Part shown: piece by piece, positions 26,101 through 39,545 of the stretch
Layout: every line of letters begins with the position of its first letter
How positions within the stretch are numbered: the first letter of the stretch is position 1
Origin: Obrimoposthia wandeli
Lineage: Eukaryota
Direction of reading: 5' to 3'
DNA: 64,000 nt
Assembly: GCA_977020255.1 (NCBI GenBank)
Contig: CDROCS010001270.1
Span: forward strand, 372,001 to 436,000
Notes under the pieces: generated by a model
Told to the model about the DNA's origin: nothing
What the model saw: only the letters and a program-made list of their open reading frames with translations
Databases searched by the model: none
Translations under genes and position numbers: made by a program

Positions 26101-29100
26101 ACTATGGACAAAAAGATTACATCGTATACGTATTATGATGTTTTACCGTCGGCCCTCATTGGGCTGGTACGCCCACGCAATAAGTTGACGCGTCGCGTCC
26201 ATATGTATCTAGAAGTCTAGACTCTAGACCAATAGATTTGAACAGTTATTGAGCTGAACCGCTCTGTGTTGATTAAAAACCTTTCTGGTAGAAGGTATAA
26301 GATGTGATTCGGACAGTTGAGAGCTCGGCTTAATACTATCCTAATCCTAACTATCTTAATCAACTCCGGGTTGGTTCAATGCAAGATCTTAACTCTCCAA
26401 TTACCTTTTCCAATACAAGAATAGATTACAACGGTTTAAGTTTAAATTTCAGGCGAAAAACTGCAGTGTGGCACTGGGGCCTCGTAGGTTCCGGTCGGTT
26501 TTTCATCCTCTTGGGTTTTTTCTGTACTTTGTGCCTCTTTCTCCTGCTGCTGTATGATTTTCTGATCGGATGTTTTATAATAATATCCCCCAATCAGATA
26601 CTTTAGTCTTTCTGATTTGTTGCACGTCTAACAAATTCCGTTGGGATATGTTTGTCGGTTTCAAATCAAAACCACATTCCATAGTCTGTCCTCAATTTCC
26701 TTTTTAAAATTTATAATTTAAATATTTTATGACTTTCGATAATTAGTTGATATTTAATTCATTTAAGTCTCAATTCAAAATTTGGTTGAGCTATGGCTCT
26801 ACGTGCTTGTGCGAAAGAAAAACACAAAAATACATCAACATCATTGAGCTATAGGAATAAATTACTAAAACGTGGCTCTATCTAGAAAAGAACTGAGTAT
26901 GAATCGTTTCAACAGGTAAATATTCACTAAAATGTGCATCTTTGACCACAATATTTTTTTATTTTAAGTCTAAAGCTGTGTACAGAAACAATAACTACAT
27001 ATTTACATAATTATTTCATAACAAAATGTGCATTGTCGTTTAACCATAGATTCTTTTAAGCCAACAAGAGTCCAGAAAAGATATTATTCATTAAATATTC
27101 GAAAAACATTGACCAACAAAATATTAAAGTTACACTAGGTAATTTAAACCTTCGGATTAGAATTCTAGAATACGTTTTTCTCTTATACGTCAGGTGTTTT
27201 TAGTTTATATCGTTAAAATATCCAAATGCAGCTCAGTTTACTTTTAAAGAAACTCCGATCTTTTTGGACTCATTTTAGAAATACCGTTTAATCTTTAAGA
27301 TATAGAGAAAAACATGAAGAATAAATTATAAAATAATGTCACCAAGCTTACACTAATATCTTATATCTTTCATATTTAGATTTCTGGTGGGTCATTATTA
27401 GATCGGGTTAAGGTCCTCTTACATACATATGTTTGACAATTATTTGCAAGTTTATTTCTACAGAATTTTTGAATTTTTCCTTCATTTTTATAGCTATGAA
27501 AGCAAAACAAAAGTGAACAATTTATAAGTTATTATTAAAAATTGTTATAATCACTTTTCAAATGACTTAATTATCAGCGAAAGTTTAGTTAATAGCAAAA
27601 CATCAATACGACATAGCACAATTATTTATAATCATGTATAATTCATTGTTACGCATGGTTGTTAGAAAAACTGGTCGCGGGAGGGATTCTGTGAATCATT
27701 TGCCACAAAACATTCTCAACGCATTTAAATATAGAAAAATTAAAAAGAGCTGTAGTTTTAACAACATGTTGCCTCAAGAATTCCGTGGTTGTTTTAATAT
27801 GCAAAGTTTCAAAAACAATTTCATCACTGGACACAGAGCAGAAAAGAAATGGCACAATGATGGAATTTTACGCACTTCAAATACATTGTAGATTGTACCT
27901 TCATCGAGTTTCAAAAAGCAACAAAATGGATGCAACAATTGAAAACGCAAATGAAACCAATTTTGCCTGATGTTCTTATTTTATGGTTTGTCATTTTTGT
28001 TTATTTTTGTACAGTGATTGATTATAATAAATAGTTTAAACAATTGTTCCAATCATATTAATTGTCCTTAATAACACGGAAAATCTATCATTATTTTGAA
28101 AGATTTTGCAAATTTAAATTAACAATAGGGTAAATTAGGGTTATTTCCTCCTTGGAAGTGAATATATCTTTACGTTTGGGGTAATTAATTTTATTGGAAT
28201 CGTATTTTTCATGTCCTACATTTTAACAATAAAACAATATTTAATATAGCACTGATATCTAAGAAAACTCTGAATTATTACTCTAATGGGCCTTCTGTTG
28301 TCCATCTCATAATATTTCACAATTATCACATTTTTCATTATTTAAAAATTTTAATGGAAAATTATTTAAACTAAGCAATGGCATTTTAGTTGAATGATGA
28401 CTTCTTTAAGCTGATTGGTAAATAGACAGTAAATTATTTTTTTCTAAAAACCTAATTAACTGTAACGAAACAAATTTTTCAAGACCTTTCGATAGAAATT
28501 AGGTTTGAAATTAGTCTAACATTTGATAGATTTATTTTATCTCCTTTCTTGACTTTGTGAAATGGTTTATTCAATTATTGACCGGTAATTTATTTCAAGA
28601 ATTTCGTCAGATTTAAATAGAAAAGTTGACATATGATCCTTTTACGATCACATATTTCATCTAAACCATAGAATTTCTAAAAATAAAAGTTTTATACTAA
28701 AGGTGCTACAATATTTGGCTAAATTATGGATTGAAAGTTATGCAAGATTCATTATTATAAGGATACCAAAGCATTGATTTAGTCGCTTTTCAAAATTAAT
28801 ATTAATGTGATGAAAATAAGATTGTTTGTGTTGATTTATATTTACATTAATATTAACACTTTTGTAAATATTAATAAAGCTTAACTACTCTTCAAAAATC
28901 AATGATAAAATCGAAAATATTTGGTCATTATTGTTAACTATGATAATTAGTACAAAACCACAGAACAATGGGATTAATCAAGACAAGAGTGTGCATACTT
29001 CGATGCATTGAGAATCAATAATAAGTTTTAATAAGATATAGTTTTCTAACATTCACTAATGAGACAGCGGTTTTAACTGTTGCATTTATTATTGTTGTGT

Positions 29101-30799
29101 TAACCATTGCTTCCTTCCGATTTAAGGACTCGTTAATTAACATCAAAAAGTCCGAAATTAGAAATAAATAATCTTACAAAGCACAACTTTTGGTAATATA
29201 CTCAGTAAAATTGAATTCCATAGATATAAAGTTGAATTCCATAACCTATAGTAAAATGAAATTAACAATTAACACACACTAATAAAAACTTACCATTCAA
29301 CATAAATGAATAACATGGCGAAAAATGAATTCCATAAATATATGGACGCATACACACACTAACCTGCATGGCTAGAAAAAAAAGTTGGTATGTGATTTTA
29401 ATACATAGGACAATGAAACAAAATGAATACCATAACGAAAAGTGAATATCATAAAAGAAAACGACCTAAACTCAGTTTTTGTGTGTTATTTGACGTTTAG
29501 AACAAATTTATGGGCAGGAAAAGGTAATTTAAGCAATATATTTTTAATTTTTAATAATAAATATGGTAGAAAACGAATTAGAAGGTATGGTTGAAATATT
29601 CATATTTCGTGAAGAATCAAAAAATATTAGATTTAGGGTATTTTTTTGCTAAGATCAATGATTTTAGGTATTCTTTAGGGGATAAACCAATACTAGTGGA
29701 CGCCTAAATGAAGTGGGAGGAATATTTACACAACAATTAAGAAATATTTTAACAATTTGCAAGATTTGTCGTATTCAGATTTATAAAAACAAGATTGTAA
29801 GAGGCCCACGAGGCAGTTCAAAGCCCAAAATCACAGCGGCAGCATGAAACTTGCGAATGATTGATTGAGAGGTTGAGATTGAGCCAATACTATGTTCAAT
29901 TTCCTGTATGGAAAATGGTTAGTTTCTAACTTAACAGATACACAGAAAGAAAATTACCAAACAAGTTTTACTTAAAGATCAAGTAAATAATATGGTTAAG
30001 ATTGTTGAAGAGTATAAATTAAGAAGATTACAAAGATATGCAAGCTTACTTCAAGCATAAAAAAGAAGTGTTTACTATACAATTAATAAATTACTCACTT
30101 TTTAACTTTTGATTTGATTTGACAGTATTCATAAAATAAATCCAAAATATTCTATTACATAGCAGCATTTCCAGCTTGTAGCCAACTTTTGGCCATCGTG
30201 TAGCCATTTTGAAGCCATTTTACAATTGAGCTAACCAATTTGATTGGGTGTACTTCGATTTATTGTTATTAAAATATAGTTTATATTAAATTAATTTTAT
30301 AGGTGGACAAAGAGATTCAGTTGTGGATTTAATATTTTGAATTTGAAGCTGGCTTCGGACTCTACATAAAGAAATAGTCTATTTTGCAAATTCGTTAGTG
30401 ATTTTGAATAATAAAAATTATGTCTGTTAAATATTTATTTTTATTAAAAATGTATTATTTTAAAATACAGAACCGTCCAATTGGGATTATCTCCTTGTAA
30501 GGGCAATTTAATCTTTCATCTCATTTATGTATTAACTTTTTCAGATACTTTTGAAAATTTACTGAATTCTACGGATAATGTAATGTATAATATATAATAA
30601 AATATTAAAATAATTTTTTTTGTGTCATTTAATATATTATGCTATTGAAAGAAAGTTAAATTAAAATAATATTTTTAAAAATAACTGAACATAAAGTATA
30701 ATAAAAATTATTTTTAAAACGGGTAAAAATATTATAAGAACCGGAAGAATATGTGACAGTAAAGTATGATGCAGTACTTCACCATAATAAATTCACCAG

Positions 30800-31042
30800 G
30801 ACACTCTGAACGACAGTCGCGACCCAAACAGCGGTTCCGGAGATCGCTACTCGTCTCGATTCTTCCTCAAGCACAACAACCTCGAACAGGCCTTCGAGAA
30901 TCTGTACGAAGCAGGCTACGTGATGGTTGGTAGCTGCGGCAGTGGTACAAACTCCAGCGGAGCAGAAATCAAGCCCGGTCAGGACACAGAGGAGAATAAG
31001 TGGCAGCACTACAACGAATTCATATTCGCCAAGGTCAACTAA
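30800..31042 (+). CDS. Terminal coding exon of a KCTD8/12/16-like (H1 domain) host gene
   Basis: After acceptor CACCAG: DTLNDSRDPNSGSGDRYSSRFFLKHNNLEQAFENLYEAGYVMVGSCGSGT...KWQHYNEFIFAKVN*, matching KCTD12/16 (TLNESRDPDR..ERYTSRFYLKF..LERAFD.L.E.GF.MV). Missed by the ORF track because it lacks a start codon. Confidence 0.88.
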   Translation, partial: DTLNDSRDPNSGSGDRYSSRFFLKHNNLEQAFENLYEAGYVMVGSCGSGTNSSGAEIKPGQDTEENKWQHYNEFIFAKVN

Positions 31043-33531
31043 CAACGCATACTTCCTCTCGTCTAATCACAATGCGCGTTTGTCCACTCTCACTTCTGAT
31101 TGGATGATGTCCTTCCAATTAGATTTCCACATCGTAGGCTTCGGATTTTGATTGGTCTATTTTCAGCCAATCAAATTTCAATCTTTGTGAATGTATTTGA
31201 TTGGTCTATGTCTTTAACCAATCATATTTCAGAAATTTTTTATTTGGATAGTCGAATGGTCAGTTGATGAAATTAAAACCCTTTACAATATTCTTTTTAC
31301 AGTTTAAAGAATTATTTTAATTTTCTCATAATATTCTATCATATTATATGGAAACTCTTTTTTTCGATTTATTTTTTAATTTTTATTTCAAATCCAACAC
31401 TAAATAGCTGGTATGTTCACGTACTTAGTTTCTCAATGTCACCTTAAATATAAGAACTGATATCCGTCCATATTTAAAAATATTACGTTTCTTTGACATT
31501 TTAAAATAACTAATAAAACAAGAATATTGTAATTGGTATATTAGGTATATTAGATATATTTGGAAACATTTACACATTCAAAATTGAACCAACAATTCTA
31601 GACAATTAGGCTATACTTTTCTCAATACTTTTAGTTTCCGAACTTCACATCAACATTTTCCCTAATTTTGAACTTGAAAAACTTGCTGCTTGCTTTCTGT
31701 GTGAGATTTACTCCCCACTAGTTTTGTCGCGTGTCAATTTATGTTTATTTAAACATTACTATTAATATTTTGAAGTCAGATTTCATTGGAGATGAAAAAA
31801 ACGTTGATCCTTTTGACGTAGATTTTGAATTTGTTTCGTTTCATTTATTTCCACTACCTTTTAGAGGTGATATAAGTCCAAAGCTGATCAGTTAAAAACA
31901 TGAAAACAAACCCCCTAGCTCATCTCTTTACGTTTTCTTTAAAACATGTACAAGCTGAGTCATTCTACCGAGCGACTTTCTCTATTATCTCCCGTTTGTT
32001 AATTGGGATGTCGGTGTTTAAATAATAATACAACAAACATTAGTCTTCATCGAACAGTTTATTTGTGTCTATCTGATTAACTACGGCTTATATCACGGTT
32101 GAAAGTACTAGTTATTTTTGTTGTGTTCAACCTTTGTTGGGAGATGCTGCTATGTTGTGCGTATAGGGGAGTATGTGGAGTTTCTCCGTATGAAGTCTTT
32201 TGCGTGAATTGATTTTGACTTGTGTATTTGAAATATAATCGTAATAACAACAATTTCTTCTATTTGATATTCAAGAAATAATTCATTTAAAACATGTTGA
32301 AGCACATTTCATCGATTTTCAGAACGAATTTGGCACAATAGACATTTTGTTTCTAAACATTTTAAAATTACATTAAAATAAGAGTTTTATAACCAAAACA
32401 CGAAATTATTTGACTATTTTAAGGTAACGTAGGGTTGCATAAAGTCAATAATGAAAATTGAGCTCAAGATTATGGAAAACATACAGATGCAGTAATAAGA
32501 AAATGTCAATTAGGAAAACCTTGAAAAAATATTTATGGCTGAAAGCTAACATTTGCTGAAGGAGATTGTACAATCTATGAGACAATCATTGAAAAATAGC
32601 AAAAAAATTTACAATGCTTTAGAAGATGTCTTGGCAAAAAGAGATTCAAGAAACCAAAGGATTACTGATTATTGTCTTGCGTAATATTTTTAAGGGAATG
32701 TTCATATTAACTTTGTTATCAACACAGCCATTTCTTTGAATTTTATCGTTCACAATGAATAGTTCTAAATATTTTTGAAAATACACCATTTTAAATAGTC
32801 CGCATTTTAAACAGAATCAATTATAAATCACTTTCGTTACTACAGGTTCCATCGATTCTTTTTAATAACAAACTGTGTCAAACCCAGATCTCTTACAAGA
32901 TCCTCTTGTCTTGCTTTTCAGGAGAGATCCCATTTTCTGGCGATTCTTGTACTTGGTGTGATCCTGGGGCATTGAGTAAAAAATGTTTGGATATGGCTCA
33001 TTTTTCGATTTTTTAACATATTTATCAAAAAATATTTTTAACACTATTCAGAAATAATAGAAGTACTCGATGGCGATATACTGGTGATCTGTGACACCAA
33101 AAAACATTTTTGACTTTTATTTTAAATCACATGACATAAAGACATTTTAAAATTTTCTTTCATAAATGCTTCGCCTTTTTTCTTAATTTTACAATTTTTA
33201 GTAGCTTTTTTATGAATAGTGGAATCAACTTATTTAAAGTTTTCCATTAGATTTCTTTTTTATTTCTGCTTTTGCGCTGAACCGAAAAAGAAAACATTTT
33301 CACATTGAAAAACAGTACGCTTTTGTTTTACTCTACTTAAGTATAAATTTGCTCTTTGATTTGTAATCCATAAGTGGTCATTCATAACTAAGGAAATGTA
33401 GAGACATTTCCAAACAATACAAGTCAAATATGAGACAGAATATCGAAGAAATTCTGACGTACGCAAGCAAAAATCTAAGATTATTCGTATTTCTAAGCAA
33501 AAATAAATATTTGTAAAAACTGTGAATAAAC

Positions 33532-33936
33532 TAGTAATTTAAATGCCAAAAAGTAGTAATTTAAATGCCAAAAAGTAGTAATTTAAATGCCAAAAAGTAG
33601 TAATTTAAATGCCAATTTAGCAATTTAAATGCCAATTTAGTAATTTAAATGCCAATTTAGCAATTTAAATGCCAATTTAGCAATTTAAATGCCCAAAGTA
33701 GTAATTTAAATGCCCAAAGTAGTAATTTTAATGCCCAAAGTAGTAATTTAAATGCCAAAAGACACCAATTTAAATGCCAAAAACTAGTAAATTAAATGCC
33801 GTTTTTTAAATGCCCAAAGTGGTAATTTAAATGCCAAAATTTCACTCCACACACCTACACGAAATTTCACTCTACACACATGCACGGTTTTAAAGGACAA
33901 GGGGTGTGTGGATTAGACTGGACACATCTACCTACT
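33532..33936. mobile_element. Orphan Maverick-type terminus with 20-22 bp tandem array
   Basis: ~13 AATTTAAATGCC-core units (33532-33838); ends in CACATCTACCTACT (33923-33936), identical to the last 14 nt of element 1. Confidence 0.6.
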
Positions 33937-36214
33937 TAGCTTGACAAACATTTTTAAACAATACTTGCCCACATAATTTTAAAAAGCTTGCACTATTTGA
34001 GAAATTGCTATACGGAGTAATTGTTAATCTTAGTTTATCAGTTGAAAAGGGTTTTTTAAGATGGAAATTGATACGAAAAATTTTGATTTATTTTCTGCAG
34101 TTTCTGATTATCTGAAAAAGATTTCAGTGTATTTTTGATTAGTTATTCAAAGAAACATACAAATAAAATTAGTTCTATATTCTTTTTTTATTGATCTTTA
34201 TTCGGTTTCTATTCTCGGAAGAAATATCTCATTTATATTCCCTCGTAGAGAAACTAATTAGCATTAATATTATCTTTGCATTTCTAATTTATTAATATAG
34301 CAGTAACTTTAAATAAAAATGTATTTAAGGATCTACGCCGTGGAACCCTTTGGAATTATTTAAAAAATATAGGAACCGCTGCCTATTTAAAAATACTTAA
34401 AACCATAAAGTGAAGAATAAAAAAAAACGTTTTTATATTGAAAAATGAATAGAAAATTTAAAGTTAAACTAATGAAGTATTTATTAAGTAGTCCTAGTGG
34501 GCCTATGCCCTAGTAGGTAGAGGCGAGTATTGATAATGCCAATTTTGTAAAAATCCCCTGGTCTACGCAAGGCTATGCTTAATATTTATTTCAGTAAAGG
34601 TTAGATTTCAAATATTATCTAGATGAAATTCTCTAAATAAAATTATTCCTTAACGTCTGTAGAAGTTAATAAAACTCAACATTGAGAGCGCCTAAATTAT
34701 CATTATTTATTTTTGTATAATTAATTCATAATTGTTTAGCTCCGATTATTAACACTAATTAATTTTAATGAAAAACCGTTTTTTTAGGAAGAACTTTAAA
34801 CCGATGATTGGAAACTATCGTTGAGGGACAATTAATGAGCTCGTGAACCCGCTATCGGTATTCTTCTTGTCACGGAATTGTACAACCGCATTATTTGTAT
34901 TTACTAATTCATTTCTGATGGCTTTGCTTAAAATTTTGCAACCATTATTTTGATAATCTGGACTATCAAACAGTAAATTATTTTGAAAAGTTTGGCTTGA
35001 TGTAATAATCGCTTGCGCTAGCGTTGTAGTTATCTCAGTGGTAAGGTACTTTCTTACTAGATAAATCGTTTTGATATGACTGTACCATATTTTTATCACT
35101 TTATTAATTTAACATTCCTATGTAATATTTTCATTGACATGCATAAAACTGCATTTTTCTTTAATATGGTTTTTATGATTTTTTGATTCATCTTCAAATG
35201 TTTTGATTGCCTCCATATAGTTATTATTTCATGAATCCTCTAAGTAATAATGACGATTTTAAATTGACAGAAAAATTTTCCAGAAATGTTCAGATTGATG
35301 GAATCAGTGAAATTTATGCCCCGGACTTTATCAGTCTCATTATTGATTATTGATAGAGTCCGCCGATGAATAATGTTTTTAGGTTCGGAAAACAGGAAGC
35401 ACTTTTGAGAAATAAATCAAAGATTTATTAGATATTAGGGTTATATTAAATTTATTATCGTAACCATTGTTGAAATCATTTAAGATAAATACAAAACTGC
35501 TACTATAGTCTTAGAGTTTCGAGCATTTTTGCTTTAATAACTCACGAACATTAATGAAGATCTCAGTTATAATCCCCAGGTTCGTCTTTGTAATGTTGGA
35601 AAATCGATGAGCAGAAATTCTTATTCAATGATGCTCAAAAATGTATGGATAATAATTATCTGTAAGACTTAATAAGATTAGAGAAATTTAATTTAGCTTT
35701 CTTCTTGATGGTACAGAATTTCTATGCAAGTCCCGATGAATACTTCCATAGCAGACTGAATAATTTTCTTCTTTTTTCTGCATCCCTCTTCATCTGTTAA
35801 TCAATTTTGATTTTAGGGTGACTAAATAATAAATCCCAATTTAACAATTACATTCATTTCAAAATCGTCAGTATGAGTAGTATAAATACTGCACTCTTTG
35901 GGATGAAACCAAATTTTAACACACCATTTTCAAAGTCCTTCTTGAGGTCCTTGAGGGTGTCAAAATTATTAAAAAAGAATAAATGAATCTTAAAAACAGT
36001 GAAATTTCAATAATACGGATTTTTTTGATTTTGCTTCTTATTCATCATGCATGGACCAGTGAGAAAGAATTACGCTTCTATCATATTGAATATATCTGGT
36101 AACCTTTACCTATGTTTGCAACTATCCCAATGGAAATTGTTTGATTGTGAAAATATAATACAATGAAGAAAAAGAATTCACTTCATAAAAACGTTTGGTT
36201 AAGGATTGTTTTTG

Positions 36215-37445
36215 TTTTTTGATTTTTTCAGTGTTTCTATTCTTCAGATTTTGTTTACTAATCTATAGAAGGGTACCAAAATTTTAAAGTATCCCTTAAA
36301 CTTTTTGTGGTCCCTATAGTGTTATTGATTGTTTTAGTTATTTGGTATAGGAGGATTAGTTGTTTTTTTCTAGAATGAAGACTTTCTTAATAAATCGATT
36401 TGGTGATTCTTTTGTTTTTGCTTGGCATATGTTTGTTATTTAATCAAGGTTCTTTTAAAAAATGTACTATTGATTATTTGTTTATTGTTAATGTTTTGTT
36501 TATTTTTGCAAGATTTACTAAGAGTGATATATTCACCTTTAGAAGTGAGCTACCTTTAGCTATGGTGGACCCAACCCCAGTATCTTCTTTAGATCATTCT
36601 TCTACACTTGTAGCTGCTGGTCTTGGGTTAGTTGTGTGGTTATGGGGTGGTTATTCTGTTAGTCTTGTTACTATAAATCGTTTTCGTAGTTTACATTTTT
36701 TACTGCCATTTGTAGTTTTATTTTTTGTGTTAGTCCATTTATTACATTATGCACGCTTAAACAACCCACTGGGTGTGAGTTCTTCTGAGGATAAATGGTT
36801 CAGATTTAAGGATTTTTATTTAAGTTATTTTAATCTTGTTTTAGTTTATTACTTCCTTTATTTATTTATGGACGAAGCTAAATTTGTACTTGGCAACCCC
36901 TTATCAACTCCTGTATATATTCAACTAGAGTGATATTTTACCTGCTTTTGCTATGTTACGTTCTATTACAAAAAATGTTAAGGGGTGTTATTGTTTTGAG
37001 TTTGTTTTTTTTAGTTTATTTTTTTCTCCCTTTGATTGGGTTCTAACATTTGTTTGTTGGTTTTCAATATAAATATCTCCACTAGGTATATTTTTTATAT
37101 GGGTTGTTAACTTTTTTTATTTTAATGTGGATTGAGGCAAAGCCTGTAGAAGCACCATATGTTATTATTGGACAACTATCTTCTTTCATTTTTTTCATAT
37201 TTATTTTTATTATATATTTAAATTATCACTACAATCTAAAGAGTTATTAAATTACTTATGTTTGCTATTTATCTAATTATAGTTTACTGTTTTTCAGGGG
37301 TTATTTTAGTTGTTAAAAAATGTTAGTTCTGTTATGGGTTATGTTAAATAGTTTTCACGACCATGGTATGCTTGTTGTTGTTCTAATTGCTTTTCTTGTT
37401 TTAGTTTTAATTACTGCTTATCTATATATAAGTTATTTTTATTTA
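36215..37445 (+). pseudogene. NUMT: nad5 fragment joined to cob, then a cox2-like piece
   Basis: nad5 (INRFGD; [25 protein letters not shown]); cob ([18 protein letters not shown]; NNPLG; NPLSTP.YIQLE-TGA-YF; AKPVEAPY..GQL); cox2-like FHDH. TGA read as Trp. Confidence 0.85.
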
Positions 37446-38754
37446 TGTTTATTTTATATGTTGAAGATAGCCAACGGATATTATTCGATAATGAAGATTT
37501 AGAAAATTTGAATATTCGGATAAGAATGTGTATGAAGAAGTGAAGCAATATTTCAAATACAAAGTCAGGGTCTTGAAGAAGGCTCAACTGATTGCTTTAG
37601 TAAATCCTGTGACAATTGAAAAAAGAAAGTTTAACTATTATCTATCAAATATTCAAAAACCAGATTTTTAATATCTCTAACAGAAAGTTGAAAAGGCAGT
37701 TTCAAGTTTTACATTAAATAAGAACGAATTTTATATCTGTGGGACTGATGCAGCATTTTTAGATGAATATGAACTAGAATAGATGATGATGCGTTTCCAA
37801 AAAAGAAGCAATGGATTGTAAAAATTCGACTTTATGGTTACAATAAGAGTAAAATAGGAACAAATCTACTCATATGGAAAATTGACCCTGCTCATATCGC
37901 TATGTTTTAACTTTTTCTTTTATCATGTTTCTTTCATTTGCATGTAATAAATTGTAATCATTTTTATTTATTTTTATTTCATAATATTTGTATCTTATAT
38001 GTATTTTTTATAAACATTGTTTTTAATCAGTTTCTTTATTTTAGAATGGATCCTCTTCTGAGATATGTAGTAAATTTTTATTATCCGAAAAGAATTTCAA
38101 AAAGAAAACCACGTAAAATATTAAAGGGGCATCAAATTGTTGGGGTTTCTATATGAAACTTATAGATCCTCTTGAATGTGGAGGGCCCCAACGTGAGTTC
38201 TATAGAAGCAGGACTTAAGGATGGTTGTGGCCTACTTAACGTTGTGTTTGCCTGTCTCAATTCTTATCTGAAGGGTTGTTGTTGTGTCTTAATCTGAAGG
38301 GTTTAGAACGATGCTTTCTAGTTGTAGGAAATCGTTTATTTATTAACACACTAGACTAACACGAATTAATACGTTTAAGTACGTATTTCTAAAAAGTTAC
38401 AATAAATTTCCTAAGACTTCTGTAAGTGTCTACACAAGTTGGGATGAACCACGTATCGATTTTAATTTTAGGGTTGAAGGTTTAAAAAGTCTTTCTAGTA
38501 TTTTGGTGATTGCACAAAATCAAAACTTGCTATAATTTATAGAGTCTTTCTAGTAAATTAACGATTACAAACTTGCTCTAAAACTTGCTCTAATTTATAG
38601 AGGCTTTCAAATCAAATTATATGATATCAAATTTTACGATACCAAATTTATGAATTACGGCTCAAAACTTTCAAAATCGACTTCCAAATTGCTATTTTAA
38701 TCAAGCTCTAATTTCTCAAAATCGTCTTCAATTTACTATTTAAATCAAATTCTC

Positions 38755-39130
38755 AATTCTCCAAAATCGGCTTCACAATTACTTATTTAAAATCGAGTTA
38801 TAAATTCTCCAAAATCGGCTTCACAATTACTTATTTAAAATCGAGTTATAAATTCTCCAAAATCGGCTTCACAATTACTTATTTAAAATCAAGTTATAAA
38901 TTCTCCAAAATCGGCTTCACAATTACTTATTTAAAATCGAGTTATAAATTCTCCAAAATCGGCTTCACAATTACTTATTTAAAATAGAGTTATAAATTCT
39001 CCAAAATCGGCTTCACAATTACTTATTTAAAATCGAGTTATAAATTCTCCAAAATCAGCTTCACAATTACTTATTTAAAATCAAGTTATAAATTCTCCAA
39101 AATCGGCTTCACAATTACTTATTTAAAATC
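38755..39130. repeat. 48-bp minisatellite, ~7.8 copies
   Basis: Unit AATTCTCCAAAATCGGCTTCACAATTACTTATTTAAAATCGAGTTATA at 38755, 38803 ... 39091. Confidence 0.97.
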
Positions 39131-39374
39131 ACGTTCTACTTTTATCTCCGCGCTTGTTCCTTACCTCTTCCGTATAAACTAGCGTCCGGTCTATATTGGC
39201 CTCCTCAGATGTCGGTCGAATCCTTTACTCGGTACCCTTGACGTGCTGTGATCGCACTGTACGGTTCTCGCTCTGGGTGATTCTGACGGTCTCTCCTCGC
39301 TTTTAGTTGTACTATAATAATCGAGTAATTTACTTTCGATTATTTAATCTTACCTTCTTCTTCGTTTTCGATTT

Positions 39375-39545
39375 TTGGTTCTCTTGATCTGGTTGCTCGG
39401 AATCTATCGCCGAAATTTTCTTTAACAAATTGTCGCTCTTGATTTGGTTGCTCGGAATCTATTGCCGAGACTTGCTTAAACAAATTGTCGCTCTTGATTT
39501 GGGTACTCGGATTCTATCGCCGAGATTTTCCTTAACAAATTTCCG
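39375..39545. repeat. ~54-bp tandem repeat, 3 diverged copies
   Basis: Recurring CTCTTGAT.TGG..CTCGGA.TCTA.GCCGA...AACAAATT. Confidence 0.8.

Noticed and set aside
34512-34521. AGTAGGTAGA as another Maverick left end
   Set aside because: Only 10 nt match; no TIR structure, TSD or genes follow.
36400-36933. 177-aa hydrophobic ORF as a novel nuclear gene
   Set aside because: Explained as a nad5/cob NUMT chimera read in the wrong genetic code.
33532-39130. Tandem arrays at 33532-33838 and 38755-39130 as CRISPR-like
   Set aside because: No unique spacers; plain minisatellites in eukaryotic DNA.
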